The notes beneath the pieces are model-generated. The model was not told the DNA's origin. It made no database searches and saw only the letters and a program-made list of their open reading frames with translations. From the IMG/VR virus record IMGVR_UViG_3300017766_003652, positions 1-64,000 of that record: 64,000 bases of DNA; one strand, given 5' to 3'. This DNA comes from a virus. Taxonomy: Duplodnaviria > Caudoviricetes. The position numbers and the translations under genes were made by a program. Shown here in pieces: positions 17,945 through 26,730 of this stretch (its first letter is position 1; each line of letters starts with the position of its first letter).

Positions 17945-18192
17945 TACCGATTCCCTCGCAGTCGCTCTTTGCCCTGGCGTTGTTTGCCCTGGTCGTATCG
18001 TTTGGGAGTGGGATGGCTTTTGCCAAACGCTACCGGGAGGTGGACGGGGTGGCCCTCCTCCTCCTGGCTCTCGCCTGTGGCTGGCTCCTGTTCGAGTACG
18101 CTGGTCTATCCGGGCTCTCCTTCCTCGCAGGGGGAGGTCTGGCAATCATAACCCTGATTGATTTCCTGCGCCGGTGGTTAGATCCCGTATAA
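17941..18192 (+). CDS. small membrane protein
   Basis: three hydrophobic stretches; GGAGG RBS. Confidence 0.7.
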   Translation: MIPIPSQSLFALALFALVVSFGSGMAFAKRYREVDGVALLLLALACGWLLFEYAGLSGLSFLAGGGLAIITLIDFLRRWLDPV

Positions 18193-18397
18193 GAGGCTGG
18201 GAGACCTCGGGGTCATTGATCCCCGGCCCCTCCCTCCTGAGCGTCTCCTAGCGGAGCGTAGCCCCGGCAAACGGGACCCAGGAGGGAGGGAGAGCAGGAG
18301 CCTGGGTCCTGGAAGGGACCCTACCCCGATATAAGGCATAATCCCGTCTTGTATTTTCCAAACACTTGCCGGATACTTGGGATAGGAGTTCAACCAT

Positions 18398-18460
18398 ATG
18401 CGCTACTTGCCTATCCTCGGTGTCCTGTTTGCCCTTTTGCGATTCGCAAAGGTCATCTAA
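18398..18460 (+). CDS. 20 aa hydrophobic peptide MRYLPILGVLFALLRFAKVI
   Basis: AGGAG RBS about 9 nt upstream; below the ORF-track size cutoff. Confidence 0.5.
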   Translation: MRYLPILGVLFALLRFAKVI

Positions 18461-18507
18461 CCCCATAGGCGTTCGCCATTGGGCCTCCCATCACCTAAGG
18501 AGTTTCT

Positions 18508-18765
18508 ATGAAACAGAAACAGATCAAGATCAAAGACGACAAGAACCCCTCCGGGTTCCGGACGGCGACTATCGGCGACCCTCCCAGCTCCAAGCCGGGC
18601 AAACTCCGGTACCAGCTCATTTTCAAACTGCCCAAGGGGGACGCCAACCTTACCGGGATCGCCCTGGTGGGGGATTTCAAGTCGATCAAGAAAGCGACCA
18701 AACGGGGCTTGGCCATCGCCAAGGCCTCCAAAGGCCTGATGCAGTTTGAAGGCTGCTCCTCCTAA
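18508..18765 (+). CDS. basic hypothetical protein
   Basis: TAAGGAG RBS. Confidence 0.75.
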   Translation: MKQKQIKIKDDKNPSGFRTATIGDPPSSKPGKLRYQLIFKLPKGDANLTGIALVGDFKSIKKATKRGLAIAKASKGLMQFEGCSS

Positions 18766-18863
18766 CTCGTACAAGTTTGCCCGGACTCCTTCGCGCAGTA
18801 GGGAGGCCGGCCAAAGGCGGGGACCTCCGGGTCCCCGTTCTCATGTGTTTGCCCGGGTCAAGA

Positions 18864-18932
18864 TCTAAGGCGGACTCTAAGGCGACTTTCCCACTAGCCA
18901 GATAGGCAAAACAGGCATACTCTTAACTCATG
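18864..18932 (+). promoter_or_regulatory. repeated promoter module, copy D
   Basis: TCTAAGGC 18864 and 18876, TAGCCA, GGCAAAACAGGCA, TACTCT 18918, ATG 18930. Confidence 0.85.
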
Positions 18933-19133
18933 GATAACGCAACCAACCAAACCAAAACGACCCCGACCAAGGCGTTCGATGCCAGCATGACCAAGATCGA
19001 AGAGATGCTGGTCCTCCTTCAGGGGCAACTCGAAACCCTCAAGAAGGAGCAGAAGGGCCAGCCCCACCGTTGGGATATCGCCGGGGAAGCCGCCCGGATC
19101 GAAACCGCCCTCACCAATATCTGCATCAAGTAA
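18930..19133 (+). CDS. small helical hypothetical protein
   Basis: leaderless start MDNATNQT. Confidence 0.75.
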   Translation: MDNATNQTKTTPTKAFDASMTKIEEMLVLLQGQLETLKKEQKGQPHRWDIAGEAARIETALTNICIK

Positions 19134-19151
19134 CCACCCAGGAGCCCCACC

Positions 19152-19448
19152 ATGACCATCACGTTCACCAAAGAAAACGCCGCTCAATACGCCTTCTGTG
19201 CCAAGGGGTGGAGCGACCGATCCAAGACGGGCGGGCACTACTTCGAGAAGGCTACGGGTAACCGGATCACGCCGGCGACCGACGAGCAGGGGGAGTTGCT
19301 GGGAGATATGGTATTCATCCCCCAGACGTTTTGCAAGGCATGTTTGCTCAAGATGACCCCGGAGACCCGGGCCATCGTCCTCAAACGGGACCCGGCCGCT
19401 CGAGCCCTGTTTGCCAAATCAGTTTCAACGGAACCCTCCCGGCCCTAA
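19152..19448 (+). CDS. hypothetical protein
   Basis: AGGAG RBS. Confidence 0.7.
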   Translation: MTITFTKENAAQYAFCAKGWSDRSKTGGHYFEKATGNRITPATDEQGELLGDMVFIPQTFCKACLLKMTPETRAIVLKRDPAARALFAKSVSTEPSRP

Positions 19449-19496
19449 TCCGGGAGGCCTACCCCGCACCTAACCAAACCACAAAGGACAATCACA

Positions 19497-19880
19497 ATGA
19501 ACCTCAAGAACTACGTCCGGGCAAATTGGTCCCCGGATACTGACCTGCACCTCCGGGTCGCCCGCGAATGCGATGGCTGTGTCCGGGATCTGACCATTTC
19601 CCGGCACAATAAATGGGAGGTTGTGGGGTACGCCCCCAAGGGCAAGAAGCCCCTCATTCGGGCGGACCTCCGGCTCTCCGGCGCCGCATCGATCAAGGAA
19701 GGGACCATCCTCCAGGGGTCGACCAAGATCCTCCGCGGCATCAACGAATACATGCTCGATTTCAAGCCGGTTGCGGCGGACTACGTCCCTCCCAAGACCC
19801 CGGCCAAGGTCAAGTTCAAACCGGGGGAAGTGGTCCCTATCAAACACCTTCCGGTGGAGCCCTCCTCCGTCCAGGCGTAA
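19497..19880 (+). CDS. hypothetical protein
   Basis: AAAGGA RBS. Confidence 0.7.
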   Translation: MNLKNYVRANWSPDTDLHLRVARECDGCVRDLTISRHNKWEVVGYAPKGKKPLIRADLRLSGAASIKEGTILQGSTKILRGINEYMLDFKPVAADYVPPKTPAKVKFKPGEVVPIKHLPVEPSSVQA

Positions 19881-19893
19881 CGCCGTTTGAGGT

Positions 19894-19923
19894 AGCCAGG
19901 GGTTAACCCCTGGCTCTTCTTCT
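19894..19923 (+). terminator. intrinsic terminator
   Basis: AGCCAGGGG-TTAA-CCCCTGGCT then CTTCTTCT. Confidence 0.7.
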
Positions 19924-20018
19924 GTCTGGAGGGAGTACGGGCGATAATCAATACAGAGAGTTATGACCCTCAGCCAGTATTTTTGCGCTACTCTCCTGGA
20001 TAACGGAAACAGTGACGC

Positions 20019-20657
20019 ATGACCATACAAATTCCCCAGCTAATCCGGGATCACGTCCCGATACTCGCCACCGCTGCGCCTGTCGCGGCCCTGCTCTGGA
20101 AATATGGCCCGACCATCTGGCGAGCTGGAGGCAGTATGATTCGAGTCTATAGGGCCCTGGAGGCCATAGCATTACTACCTGCCAAGGTAGACAGACTGAC
20201 CAAAGAAGTGCTTCCCAATGGAGGTGGAAGCCTCCGGGATGCGGTGGATAGATTGGCCACCGGAGTGGATGCCCTGGCAGACCAGGTCACCGTACTATCA
20301 GAACGGCATACGACCCGATGGAAGATAGCCTTCGGGGCCCCCTCCTGGGAAACAGATGAGTACGGCAACTTTCTGGGGGTCAATGCGGATCTGTGTGACC
20401 TTGTAGGGTTGCCGGAGGTTGATCTCCTCGGTACAAGCTGGAAGGTGATTATCTTCCATGAGGATCAGCCAAGGGTATTCCGGGAGTGGGACCGGATCAT
20501 AGAGGAGAAGTCGCACCTCCGCCTCCAGTGCCGCATCGTCGATTGCGAGGGAGAGCCCCTCTCGGTTCAACTGAATGCCCGGTACATGAAAGTGCATGGG
20601 GAAGTCTTTGGTTGGATAGGTAAGATCGAGCGGGTCCCCTTGATCTCCAGGGCGTAG
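20019..20657 (+). CDS. membrane-anchored PAS-domain protein with holin-like N-terminus
   Basis: N-terminal hydrophobic helix, NGGGSLRDAVDRL, then PAS-like WETDEYGNFLGVNADLCDLVG...LLGTSW..IIFHED. Confidence 0.75.
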   Translation: MTIQIPQLIRDHVPILATAAPVAALLWKYGPTIWRAGGSMIRVYRALEAIALLPAKVDRLTKEVLPNGGGSLRDAVDRLATGVDALADQVTVLSERHTTRWKIAFGAPSWETDEYGNFLGVNADLCDLVGLPEVDLLGTSWKVIIFHEDQPRVFREWDRIIEEKSHLRLQCRIVDCEGEPLSVQLNARYMKVHGEVFGWIGKIERVPLISRA

Positions 20658-20726
20658 AGGGTAACCAACCAAGGGGCTCCCCTCCTCGACCGTTTGTAGT
20701 CGATCCTAGCCCGGCTCTCGGCCTCT

Positions 20727-21227
20727 TTACAGGAGGGGCCGGAGGCCGGGCTTTACCTTTCGGGGGCTGGGTTTGTCCTTTGGGATATCCCCCAGCTCCT
20801 TCTTGATCGCCTGCATGCGGAGACCCAGGGGCAAATCAGAGTACAGATAGGTAATTTGTGCGGGGTAGAAAGCCAGGACCTTGCCGAGTACGTTGCTATA
20901 ATCCTTGCCGAGGATGGCCAGCAAGCGATCCTGGGTCAGGCCAAAGTACCGGAACTGCTGGTCGATCTCCTCCCAGGTGATGACCGAGGCGGTGCCCTTT
21001 ACCGAGGGCTTGAAGGAGGCCTCATACGTCCTGATGAGCTTGGTGTCCTCTATCAATCCGTAGTGTGCCGAGAGGATAAACACCTGCCGGCAATCCCGCT
21101 TCAGGAGGGTATACGAGAGGCGGAACAAAGTGCTCGGCCAGTACAGATCCTTTGCGGCTATCCGGGCGTTGGGCTTGATCTCAGCCTTTGTGGCGGAACA
21201 TCCTACTATGCCAATGGGTTTCGTCAT
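20727..21227 (-). CDS. DUF6884-like protein
   Basis: IVGCSATK...AKDLY..STLF...FILSAHYGLI...YEA pattern; own TACTAT-N6-ATG start on the minus strand. Confidence 0.75.
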   Translation of the reverse strand: MTKPIGIVGCSATKAEIKPNARIAAKDLYWPSTLFRLSYTLLKRDCRQVFILSAHYGLIEDTKLIRTYEASFKPSVKGTASVITWEEIDQQFRYFGLTQDRLLAILGKDYSNVLGKVLAFYPAQITYLYSDLPLGLRMQAIKKELGDIPKDKPSPRKVKPGLRPLL

Positions 21228-21262
21228 GTCTATATAGTACTAGGCAAACCCATGGGTCTGGC

Positions 21263-21330
21263 TCTAGGGCGGAATCTAAGGCGACATTCCCCTGGACCTC
21301 CTGACAAAACAGGCATACTCTTAACTCATG
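21263..21330 (+). promoter_or_regulatory. repeated promoter module, copy E, back-to-back with the minus-strand promoter
   Basis: TCTAGGGC 21263, TCTAAGGC 21275, ACAAAACAGGCA, TACTCT 21316, ATG 21328. Confidence 0.85.
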
Positions 21331-21747
21331 GACAACGCAACCAACCAAACCAGCCGCAAAGTCGGGGACACCATTTTCCTCGTCAGCACCTCCGGCAACC
21401 GCCCCTACTTCAACCGGGGCATAATCGTTAAGATCACGCCGAGCGGTCAGATGGACGTACAGCAAGGCGAGAGCGTCACCCGGTACCGCACCGATGGTCG
21501 GGAGGTTGGTCTGAAGCACAGCGATTGGAACTATTACTCCGCTGGCCGCATCGACGATATGCCCTTTGCTGAGCGGGAAGAGTACATCGCCCGCGAGAAG
21601 CGTTCGGATGCCGCGGCTACCAAGTTCCGGGCCCTGGCTCAGTTATCCTTGCCGACCCAGTACTGGAGCAAGGACTCCATGCTCACTGAGGTTGCCCGGC
21701 TGGAAGCCATCCTCGCCGAGATCCGCACCACTGTCGAGGCCATCTAA
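21328..21747 (+). CDS. hypothetical protein
   Basis: leaderless start MDNATNQT; SH3-like KVGDTIF start. Confidence 0.75.
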   Translation: MDNATNQTSRKVGDTIFLVSTSGNRPYFNRGIIVKITPSGQMDVQQGESVTRYRTDGREVGLKHSDWNYYSAGRIDDMPFAEREEYIAREKRSDAAATKFRALAQLSLPTQYWSKDSMLTEVARLEAILAEIRTTVEAI

Positions 21748-21777
21748 CTCCCCTCGCGGGGACCCAGGAGAATTGCC

Positions 21778-22002
21778 ATGTCAGATACTCGTGCCCTCAT
21801 CCTGCTCAAGATCGATATCAAACGCCTCCAGGAGAGCACCACCCGCCTGGCCTCCCTCCAAAAGAAGGCGGATAAGCCCCGCCTCGGTCTCACCTACCGG
21901 AACCGATGCCTGGAGGCAATCGAGAGGGAGTTGCGACTCATCGATATCCTGCGGGAGGATCTCGCCACGCATCTGGTAGCCTCGCGGGAGGAGATGGTAT
22001 GA
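21778..22002 (+). CDS. hypothetical protein
   Basis: AGGAG RBS. Confidence 0.65.
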   Translation: MSDTRALILLKIDIKRLQESTTRLASLQKKADKPRLGLTYRNRCLEAIERELRLIDILREDLATHLVASREEMV

Positions 22003-22352
22003 AACCCTCCGCCCTGACCAAGGACCAGGCCCTCATCCTCCTCGCCTTTCTGGGCAAGGATCTAGCCCGCTTTGCGACCCCCTCCTACTATCGGCATGAA
22101 GATCGGGACCGGGCGGCTCCTTATGTTTCCCAGGTAGTCGCTGCCAGGACCGCTTACCGCGCGGTCAGAGACGCGAGAGGGACCTCGGATATCCTGGAGG
22201 CCCTCCACGAGTTGAAACGCCATGTAGCCGGTATCGAGAGGAACTTTCTCAACCTAATCATTTCAGGTATACTGGGGCAACCCCACGCCCTAAACCACAC
22301 AGCGATCATCGAGAGGCTCAAAGCCCATGAAGAAGGACGCCACTATGTCTAA
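21999..22352 (+). CDS. hypothetical protein
   Basis: ATGA coupling, GGAGG RBS. Confidence 0.65.
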   Translation: MKPSALTKDQALILLAFLGKDLARFATPSYYRHEDRDRAAPYVSQVVAARTAYRAVRDARGTSDILEALHELKRHVAGIERNFLNLIISGILGQPHALNHTAIIERLKAHEEGRHYV

Positions 22353-22524
22353 CCCCATCCACCCGCTCTCCCGCGTTGTATCGAGGGAGGAGGCATTCTC
22401 TTTTCTGACCAGCCTCGGTTACCGCACCGCCGAGCCCCGGCACGTCTCCTGGAAGTACTTCCCCTCCGGCAAGTACGAGATCACTGCCCCGGCTATGGTC
22501 TGGGCTATGTGGGGTGGCCGATGA
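22345..22524 (+). CDS. hypothetical protein
   Basis: AAGGA RBS; coupled array. Confidence 0.55.
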   Translation: MSNPIHPLSRVVSREEAFSFLTSLGYRTAEPRHVSWKYFPSGKYEITAPAMVWAMWGGR

Positions 22525-22727
22525 GTGCGGCCGAGCAACTCCACCTCCTCACCGGGCGGGCCAAGACCCTGGCAAACTATCGCATTGATACCCTACGCTG
22601 TACCCTGGCGATATGGTGCCCGGATACCTGGACCCGGAAGGCTATCCTCCAGATGGACCGCGGCACGTTAATCGAGAAGATCCTGCTCGCCGAGTTTGAA
22701 CAAAAGGAGCCCCATGAGAGCAGATGA
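22521..22727 (+). CDS. hypothetical protein
   Basis: ATGA coupling. Confidence 0.55.
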   Translation: MSAAEQLHLLTGRAKTLANYRIDTLRCTLAIWCPDTWTRKAILQMDRGTLIEKILLAEFEQKEPHESR

Positions 22728-22923
22728 AATGATCGCCTTGCTACAGGCATTCGACCCGGCCAGCCAGGTAGAGATCAAGATAGAGCTGGCCCTCTTTGCC
22801 GACAACGGCACGGAGGTCCGGCAGTACATCACCAGCCAGCCTAAAAAGATCTACCAGAAAAGAGAGTTAACCGAGATAGACCGCCTGCAAGGGCGCTTGC
22901 CGGTTATCATCGTGAAAGGATAA
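22714..22923 (+). CDS. hypothetical protein
   Basis: AAAGGAG RBS. Confidence 0.6.
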   Translation: MRADEMIALLQAFDPASQVEIKIELALFADNGTEVRQYITSQPKKIYQKRELTEIDRLQGRLPVIIVKG

Positions 22924-22928
22924 CAAAC

Positions 22929-23177
22929 ATGAAACGCCGACCGACTACCACCCCACTCAAATTCCTGGAGCCATCCGGGGAACTCCAGCCTATCGTTTTC
23001 GAGAAGGCAGAGCTGTTTATCATGGCTGGGAGACCCACCCGATCCGCTCAACTCTCCTGCCCGTTATGCGAGGCCGGAATACCAACGGTACAGGACCGGC
23101 TCATAGCTCGTGCCAAGAAGGCTCTCGACGCCGACCGGGCGTACAGTTCCCTGGCTCGTTTGTACGGACCGGTATAA
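22929..23177 (+). CDS. hypothetical protein with CPLC motif
   Basis: AAAGGA RBS. Confidence 0.6.
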   Translation: MKRRPTTTPLKFLEPSGELQPIVFEKAELFIMAGRPTRSAQLSCPLCEAGIPTVQDRLIARAKKALDADRAYSSLARLYGPV

Positions 23178-23308
23178 ACAGGGATCAGGAGCCAAGCCGC
23201 AAACGCCTATCAGGCAGTACGCCGATTACAGGCAAACCAATAACCACAACAAGAAAACGCCTAACGCCTGGCACAACCGGATAATCGCAAATAGTATAGA
23301 GGACAGAT

Positions 23309-23524
23309 ATGGCAAATAAAGCAACATTACTGGAGCCGCCTACGTTAGATGAGTTCTACCAATTAAGAAGGGTGGCAGATGGCCCATTCTCCGTAGTCAA
23401 TCCTATGGCAAATGCCCCGACCACCCGGTTAACCGTAACGTATCATAAGCAAGGGAATGTGAGATATTCCAAGGTAAGACCGGCAACTGCCGGATCAAGG
23501 AAAGGAAAGCGATATGCCGTGTAA
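23309..23524 (+). CDS. hypothetical protein, AT-richer than flanks
   Basis: GAGGA RBS after an AT-rich intergenic region. Confidence 0.55.
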   Translation: MANKATLLEPPTLDEFYQLRRVADGPFSVVNPMANAPTTRLTVTYHKQGNVRYSKVRPATAGSRKGKRYAV

Positions 23525-23987
23525 TGATGGAGGATGGAGCGCCAGCGATGAGTCGCGGGCTACTGATGCTCTGCGGGGTCGTAGCCTGGAGATCCTACGC
23601 CAGGCAGCCTACTTGAAGAAACAGGCTCCGTGGGTCTCTTTCGACAAGGAGGGTAAGGATGCGATGCGTACTCTCAGGGGTGGCCGGATCTGGCGGATCG
23701 AAGATATACAGGAGGCCAATGACCGTGCCATCCGTGCCCTCTGTGCCGCATTCCGTGACCTGACCCAGGATGAGCAGGAGCGGATTCTGTACTCTGATGC
23801 CCGATCTCGCGCCCAGCGTGACTTTGCCAATTTCTGGGAGGACCACGATAAGGCAGACCGGCGAGAGCGTAAGCAACGCCAGAAAGCCAAGATGCTGAAG
23901 GAGATCGAGCGGCGAGTACAGGAGGCCCGGGAACGGATTGAGGAGGAGGTCGCTAGCGAGTACGAGACCCGCCGGCGATCCAAGTAG
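23514..23987 (+). CDS. hypothetical protein
   Basis: AAGGAAAG RBS; charged helical C-terminus. Confidence 0.7.
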   Translation: MPCNDGGWSASDESRATDALRGRSLEILRQAAYLKKQAPWVSFDKEGKDAMRTLRGGRIWRIEDIQEANDRAIRALCAAFRDLTQDEQERILYSDARSRAQRDFANFWEDHDKADRRERKQRQKAKMLKEIERRVQEARERIEEEVASEYETRRRSK

Positions 23988-23998
23988 AAAGGAACCTC

Positions 23999-24316
23999 AT
24001 GAAAGCGATAGGGAAGAAGAGCCACGCAACACTCGCCGCGGAGTTAGCCGCAACATGGTCCGGCTATCTGGTCTCCTCCAGGAGAAGAGCCCTCGCCGAG
24101 GAGATAACCGAGCTGCTCGATGCCGTAGAGAAGCGGGCAAAACAGGGTAAGCCGCAGGGCCACTTCTCCAGTTTGGTTCACCGCACGTTTGATCCTCCAT
24201 CAGCCGGGGATACCTACACCCTTTGCGGCATCCGGGTCTGGTACGGACTGAAGCCCCGGATCAAGCTCACCACGATCCCGGAGGAGATAACCTGCCCGGA
24301 CTGTATCAACCACTAG
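23999..24316 (+). CDS. hypothetical protein with CG...CPDC Zn motif
   Basis: AAAGGA RBS. Confidence 0.7.
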   Translation: MKAIGKKSHATLAAELAATWSGYLVSSRRRALAEEITELLDAVEKRAKQGKPQGHFSSLVHRTFDPPSAGDTYTLCGIRVWYGLKPRIKLTTIPEEITCPDCINH

Positions 24317-24324
24317 GAACCCTC

Positions 24325-24624
24325 ATGCCTGTCGAAACCCTCCGCTACCTCTCCTGGCGCCCAATGCCTAAACCTCCCATTGGTCCGCGGCCCGTCCGTT
24401 ATGGGAACACATGGCTCCGTTACACCCTGGCATGGTACCTCAGCTTCAAACCGCGGCAACTCTGGTGGAGGTTCCAGACCTGGAGATGGCGCCGCCGTAC
24501 CGGAGGCAAGATGGAACTGGAGCTCTACTGCCCCGGCTGGTGCGGCCCTATCGTTAACTTCAAACCGGCATCTGCCATGACAATCACTGTCCGGGCGTAC
24601 CATATCGTAGAACCGAACCCGTAA
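24325..24624 (+). CDS. Trp/Arg-rich hypothetical protein
   Basis: TAGGA RBS; start reassigned to 24325. Confidence 0.55.
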   Translation: MPVETLRYLSWRPMPKPPIGPRPVRYGNTWLRYTLAWYLSFKPRQLWWRFQTWRWRRRTGGKMELELYCPGWCGPIVNFKPASAMTITVRAYHIVEPNP

Positions 24625-24640
24625 GGAAAGAGAGATCATT

Positions 24641-25084
24641 ATGCCAAAGACCACCATTCGCCAGGATCAGCAACAGCCCCAGATCGTCAACGGCCTCAAG
24701 ACTGTGGAGGTACTGGAGTTCTCCCACCATCTGGAAATCCGCCTCACTGTACGCCGGGGGTCCGAGGATGACCGGCTGCTCTCCTGTACTGAGATGAAAC
24801 GCCAGGAGAACGGGGCTCATCACATGGGGCTCAACCACTACGGGGTGGAGGTACCCAAGACTGTGCCCCTCCCTCCCCTATCCGAGTGCGTGCCGGCATA
24901 CCGTCCGACCATCGGTGCCAAGGTGGATTTCAAGAAGGGCTCCAACCTCGGCACGGCAATGGAACTCCAGGTGCCGCTATACGTCTTTCGTAACATCTAC
25001 CAGAAGGCCCTGCGGACCTCGGATGCGGCATTTGCCGTTATCTACTGCGGGGCAACGTACCACATCCTGAAGGCTGATCTATAA
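24641..25084 (+). CDS. hypothetical protein
   Basis: AAGGA RBS. Confidence 0.7.
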   Translation: MPKTTIRQDQQQPQIVNGLKTVEVLEFSHHLEIRLTVRRGSEDDRLLSCTEMKRQENGAHHMGLNHYGVEVPKTVPLPPLSECVPAYRPTIGAKVDFKKGSNLGTAMELQVPLYVFRNIYQKALRTSDAAFAVIYCGATYHILKADL

Positions 25085-25093
25085 GGACTCCCG

Positions 25094-25222
25094 ATGCACG
25101 ACTTCCTCGCCGCTATCGATGCCTACCCAAAGCCCGCCGCGGGCGTTGGCATCCTCCTCGTCTTCCTCGTATCGCTCGTTGCCGATATGGTTAAGACCAT
25201 GAACCGAAAGGGCAAACCATGA
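25094..25222 (+). CDS. 42 aa single-TM protein
   Basis: TAAGGA RBS; AGVGILLVFLVSLVA; ATGA coupling. Confidence 0.55.
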   Translation: MHDFLAAIDAYPKPAAGVGILLVFLVSLVADMVKTMNRKGKP

Positions 25223-26235
25223 CAAACGTAACCGTTGAAGTATATGAACTCGAACGCCCCACCACAGGGACCCTGGAGATGCAGCTGCCCATAATGGGCA
25301 ATCTCCTCGGCCTCTTCTCCTCCTGCGCTCCCAAGGCCTCGAACCTCGCCTGGCTGGCGTACACTAACCCCGGCATAGGGATGGAGACCCGCACCCTCCA
25401 GGTCCTCCAGGCGGGAGCGGTTCTGCCTCCTGGCGCCAAGGTACTGGGGATTCTCTCGGCCAAGGAAGGGGGCATGGACCTGCTCATACTCCTCCGGCCT
25501 ACCCTCCAGGGTCGGCAGATTGCCAGTATGGTTCATGATGAGCTGCGGGAGATCCCCGCAGAAGTCCTGGAGAGCCTCCGGCATACGCAACCCTCCGGGG
25601 AATGGCTCCAGGAGGTGCGGGAAAAGTACGTGGGTAAAGGACCCACCACCCCTACACCAGCTTCGGACTCTCTGGCTCCGATCAGTAAAGAGGCCCAGAA
25701 CGCGCCCTGGCCAACGCGCCCGGCTCCACCAAGGCCCTCACCACCCTCACCACCCTCACCACAACCTGTATCCGGGATCGCCTCCGGGGCTACCTTCTCC
25801 GCTCAGGAGCGAGCCGATATAGCCGCCGCGGTCGCTCCATCTTCGTCGACAGACGCAACCAAAGGCGCAACCGAGATCCCAGCGTCTCCATCCGTGCCGG
25901 CAGACGCAACCCTCCCTGCCGAGGACCCCAGCTCCCGTTTCTACCGCGGCACCTGTGGTTCTCCGGTCTCCGCACCACCACCCACCAACTGCCAGCCGCG
26001 TTCCTCCGCCCCGGTTGATCTCCGGGTTCTCCCGCAAACACCTGGCTTTCCCGGGTTAGCCGTCACCAATAACGAGCTGGACCGTATCGATCAGATGCGG
26101 GACGCCATCAATCAGGGCTGTGGGTGCCATACCTGTGCCCTCCGGCGAGACTCTTTCCGTAACCTGGCGGTGGATGTGTACCCTCTCCTGGTCGAGGAGC
26201 TGCGGTACTGGCGTGCCCGCAATCCTACTGTATAA
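25219..26235 (+). CDS. hypothetical protein with Pro/Ser-rich linker containing 17 aa repeats
   Basis: 338 aa ORF; C-terminal CGCHTC. Confidence 0.7.
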   Translation: MTNVTVEVYELERPTTGTLEMQLPIMGNLLGLFSSCAPKASNLAWLAYTNPGIGMETRTLQVLQAGAVLPPGAKVLGILSAKEGGMDLLILLRPTLQGRQIASMVHDELREIPAEVLESLRHTQPSGEWLQEVREKYVGKGPTTPTPASDSLAPISKEAQNAPWPTRPAPPRPSPPSPPSPQPVSGIASGATFSAQERADIAAAVAPSSSTDATKGATEIPASPSVPADATLPAEDPSSRFYRGTCGSPVSAPPPTNCQPRSSAPVDLRVLPQTPGFPGLAVTNNELDRIDQMRDAINQGCGCHTCALRRDSFRNLAVDVYPLLVEELRYWRARNPTV

Positions 26236-26242
26236 TCAGGGC

Positions 26243-26422
26243 ATGCAACTCAAAGTGGGAGACCTCGTACGCCACCGGGATGAGCCCCGGACCATCTGGC
26301 GTATTGCCAAGTTCCGATTCCTCCCGGACCGGCGGCGTACCGTGGCGTACATCGCCTATAACCGGCATACCCAACACATTGCCCGGGTCGATGATCTCCG
26401 ATTGATCCACCGCCCGGTATAA
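26243..26422 (+). CDS. small SH3/KOW-like protein
   Basis: MQLKVGDLVRH; TATAAT-N6-ATG leaderless start. Confidence 0.65.
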   Translation: MQLKVGDLVRHRDEPRTIWRIAKFRFLPDRRRTVAYIAYNRHTQHIARVDDLRLIHRPV

Positions 26423-26472
26423 TCAACACAACGGGCCTCCGGAAGGGGGCCCTCCTTACAAAGGACTCACCT

Positions 26473-26730
26473 ATGCTCGATATCCTTTCCAGATGGAGCC
26501 TCGCCGGCCCGCCTGGCTCCCGGTCGTTTCTACTGACCACCCCGTACTCTGTACAGTTCCCGGAGGGTATCCCGCCTTCCATGTATTGCCTGATGCTCCG
26601 TCTCTCCACACCCTCCGCCGTCTGCGGCTCCGTGGTAGGCATCAGCCCCCTCGTCATGGCAGATCCCAGACAGCTGAACCTCCTTATCGGGGATGAGATC
26701 GCCCGGCTTGAGCTGGAGGCCCGCCACTAA
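26473..26730 (+). CDS. hypothetical protein
   Basis: AAAGGA RBS; TAATG coupling. Confidence 0.6.
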   Translation: MLDILSRWSLAGPPGSRSFLLTTPYSVQFPEGIPPSMYCLMLRLSTPSAVCGSVVGISPLVMADPRQLNLLIGDEIARLELEARH

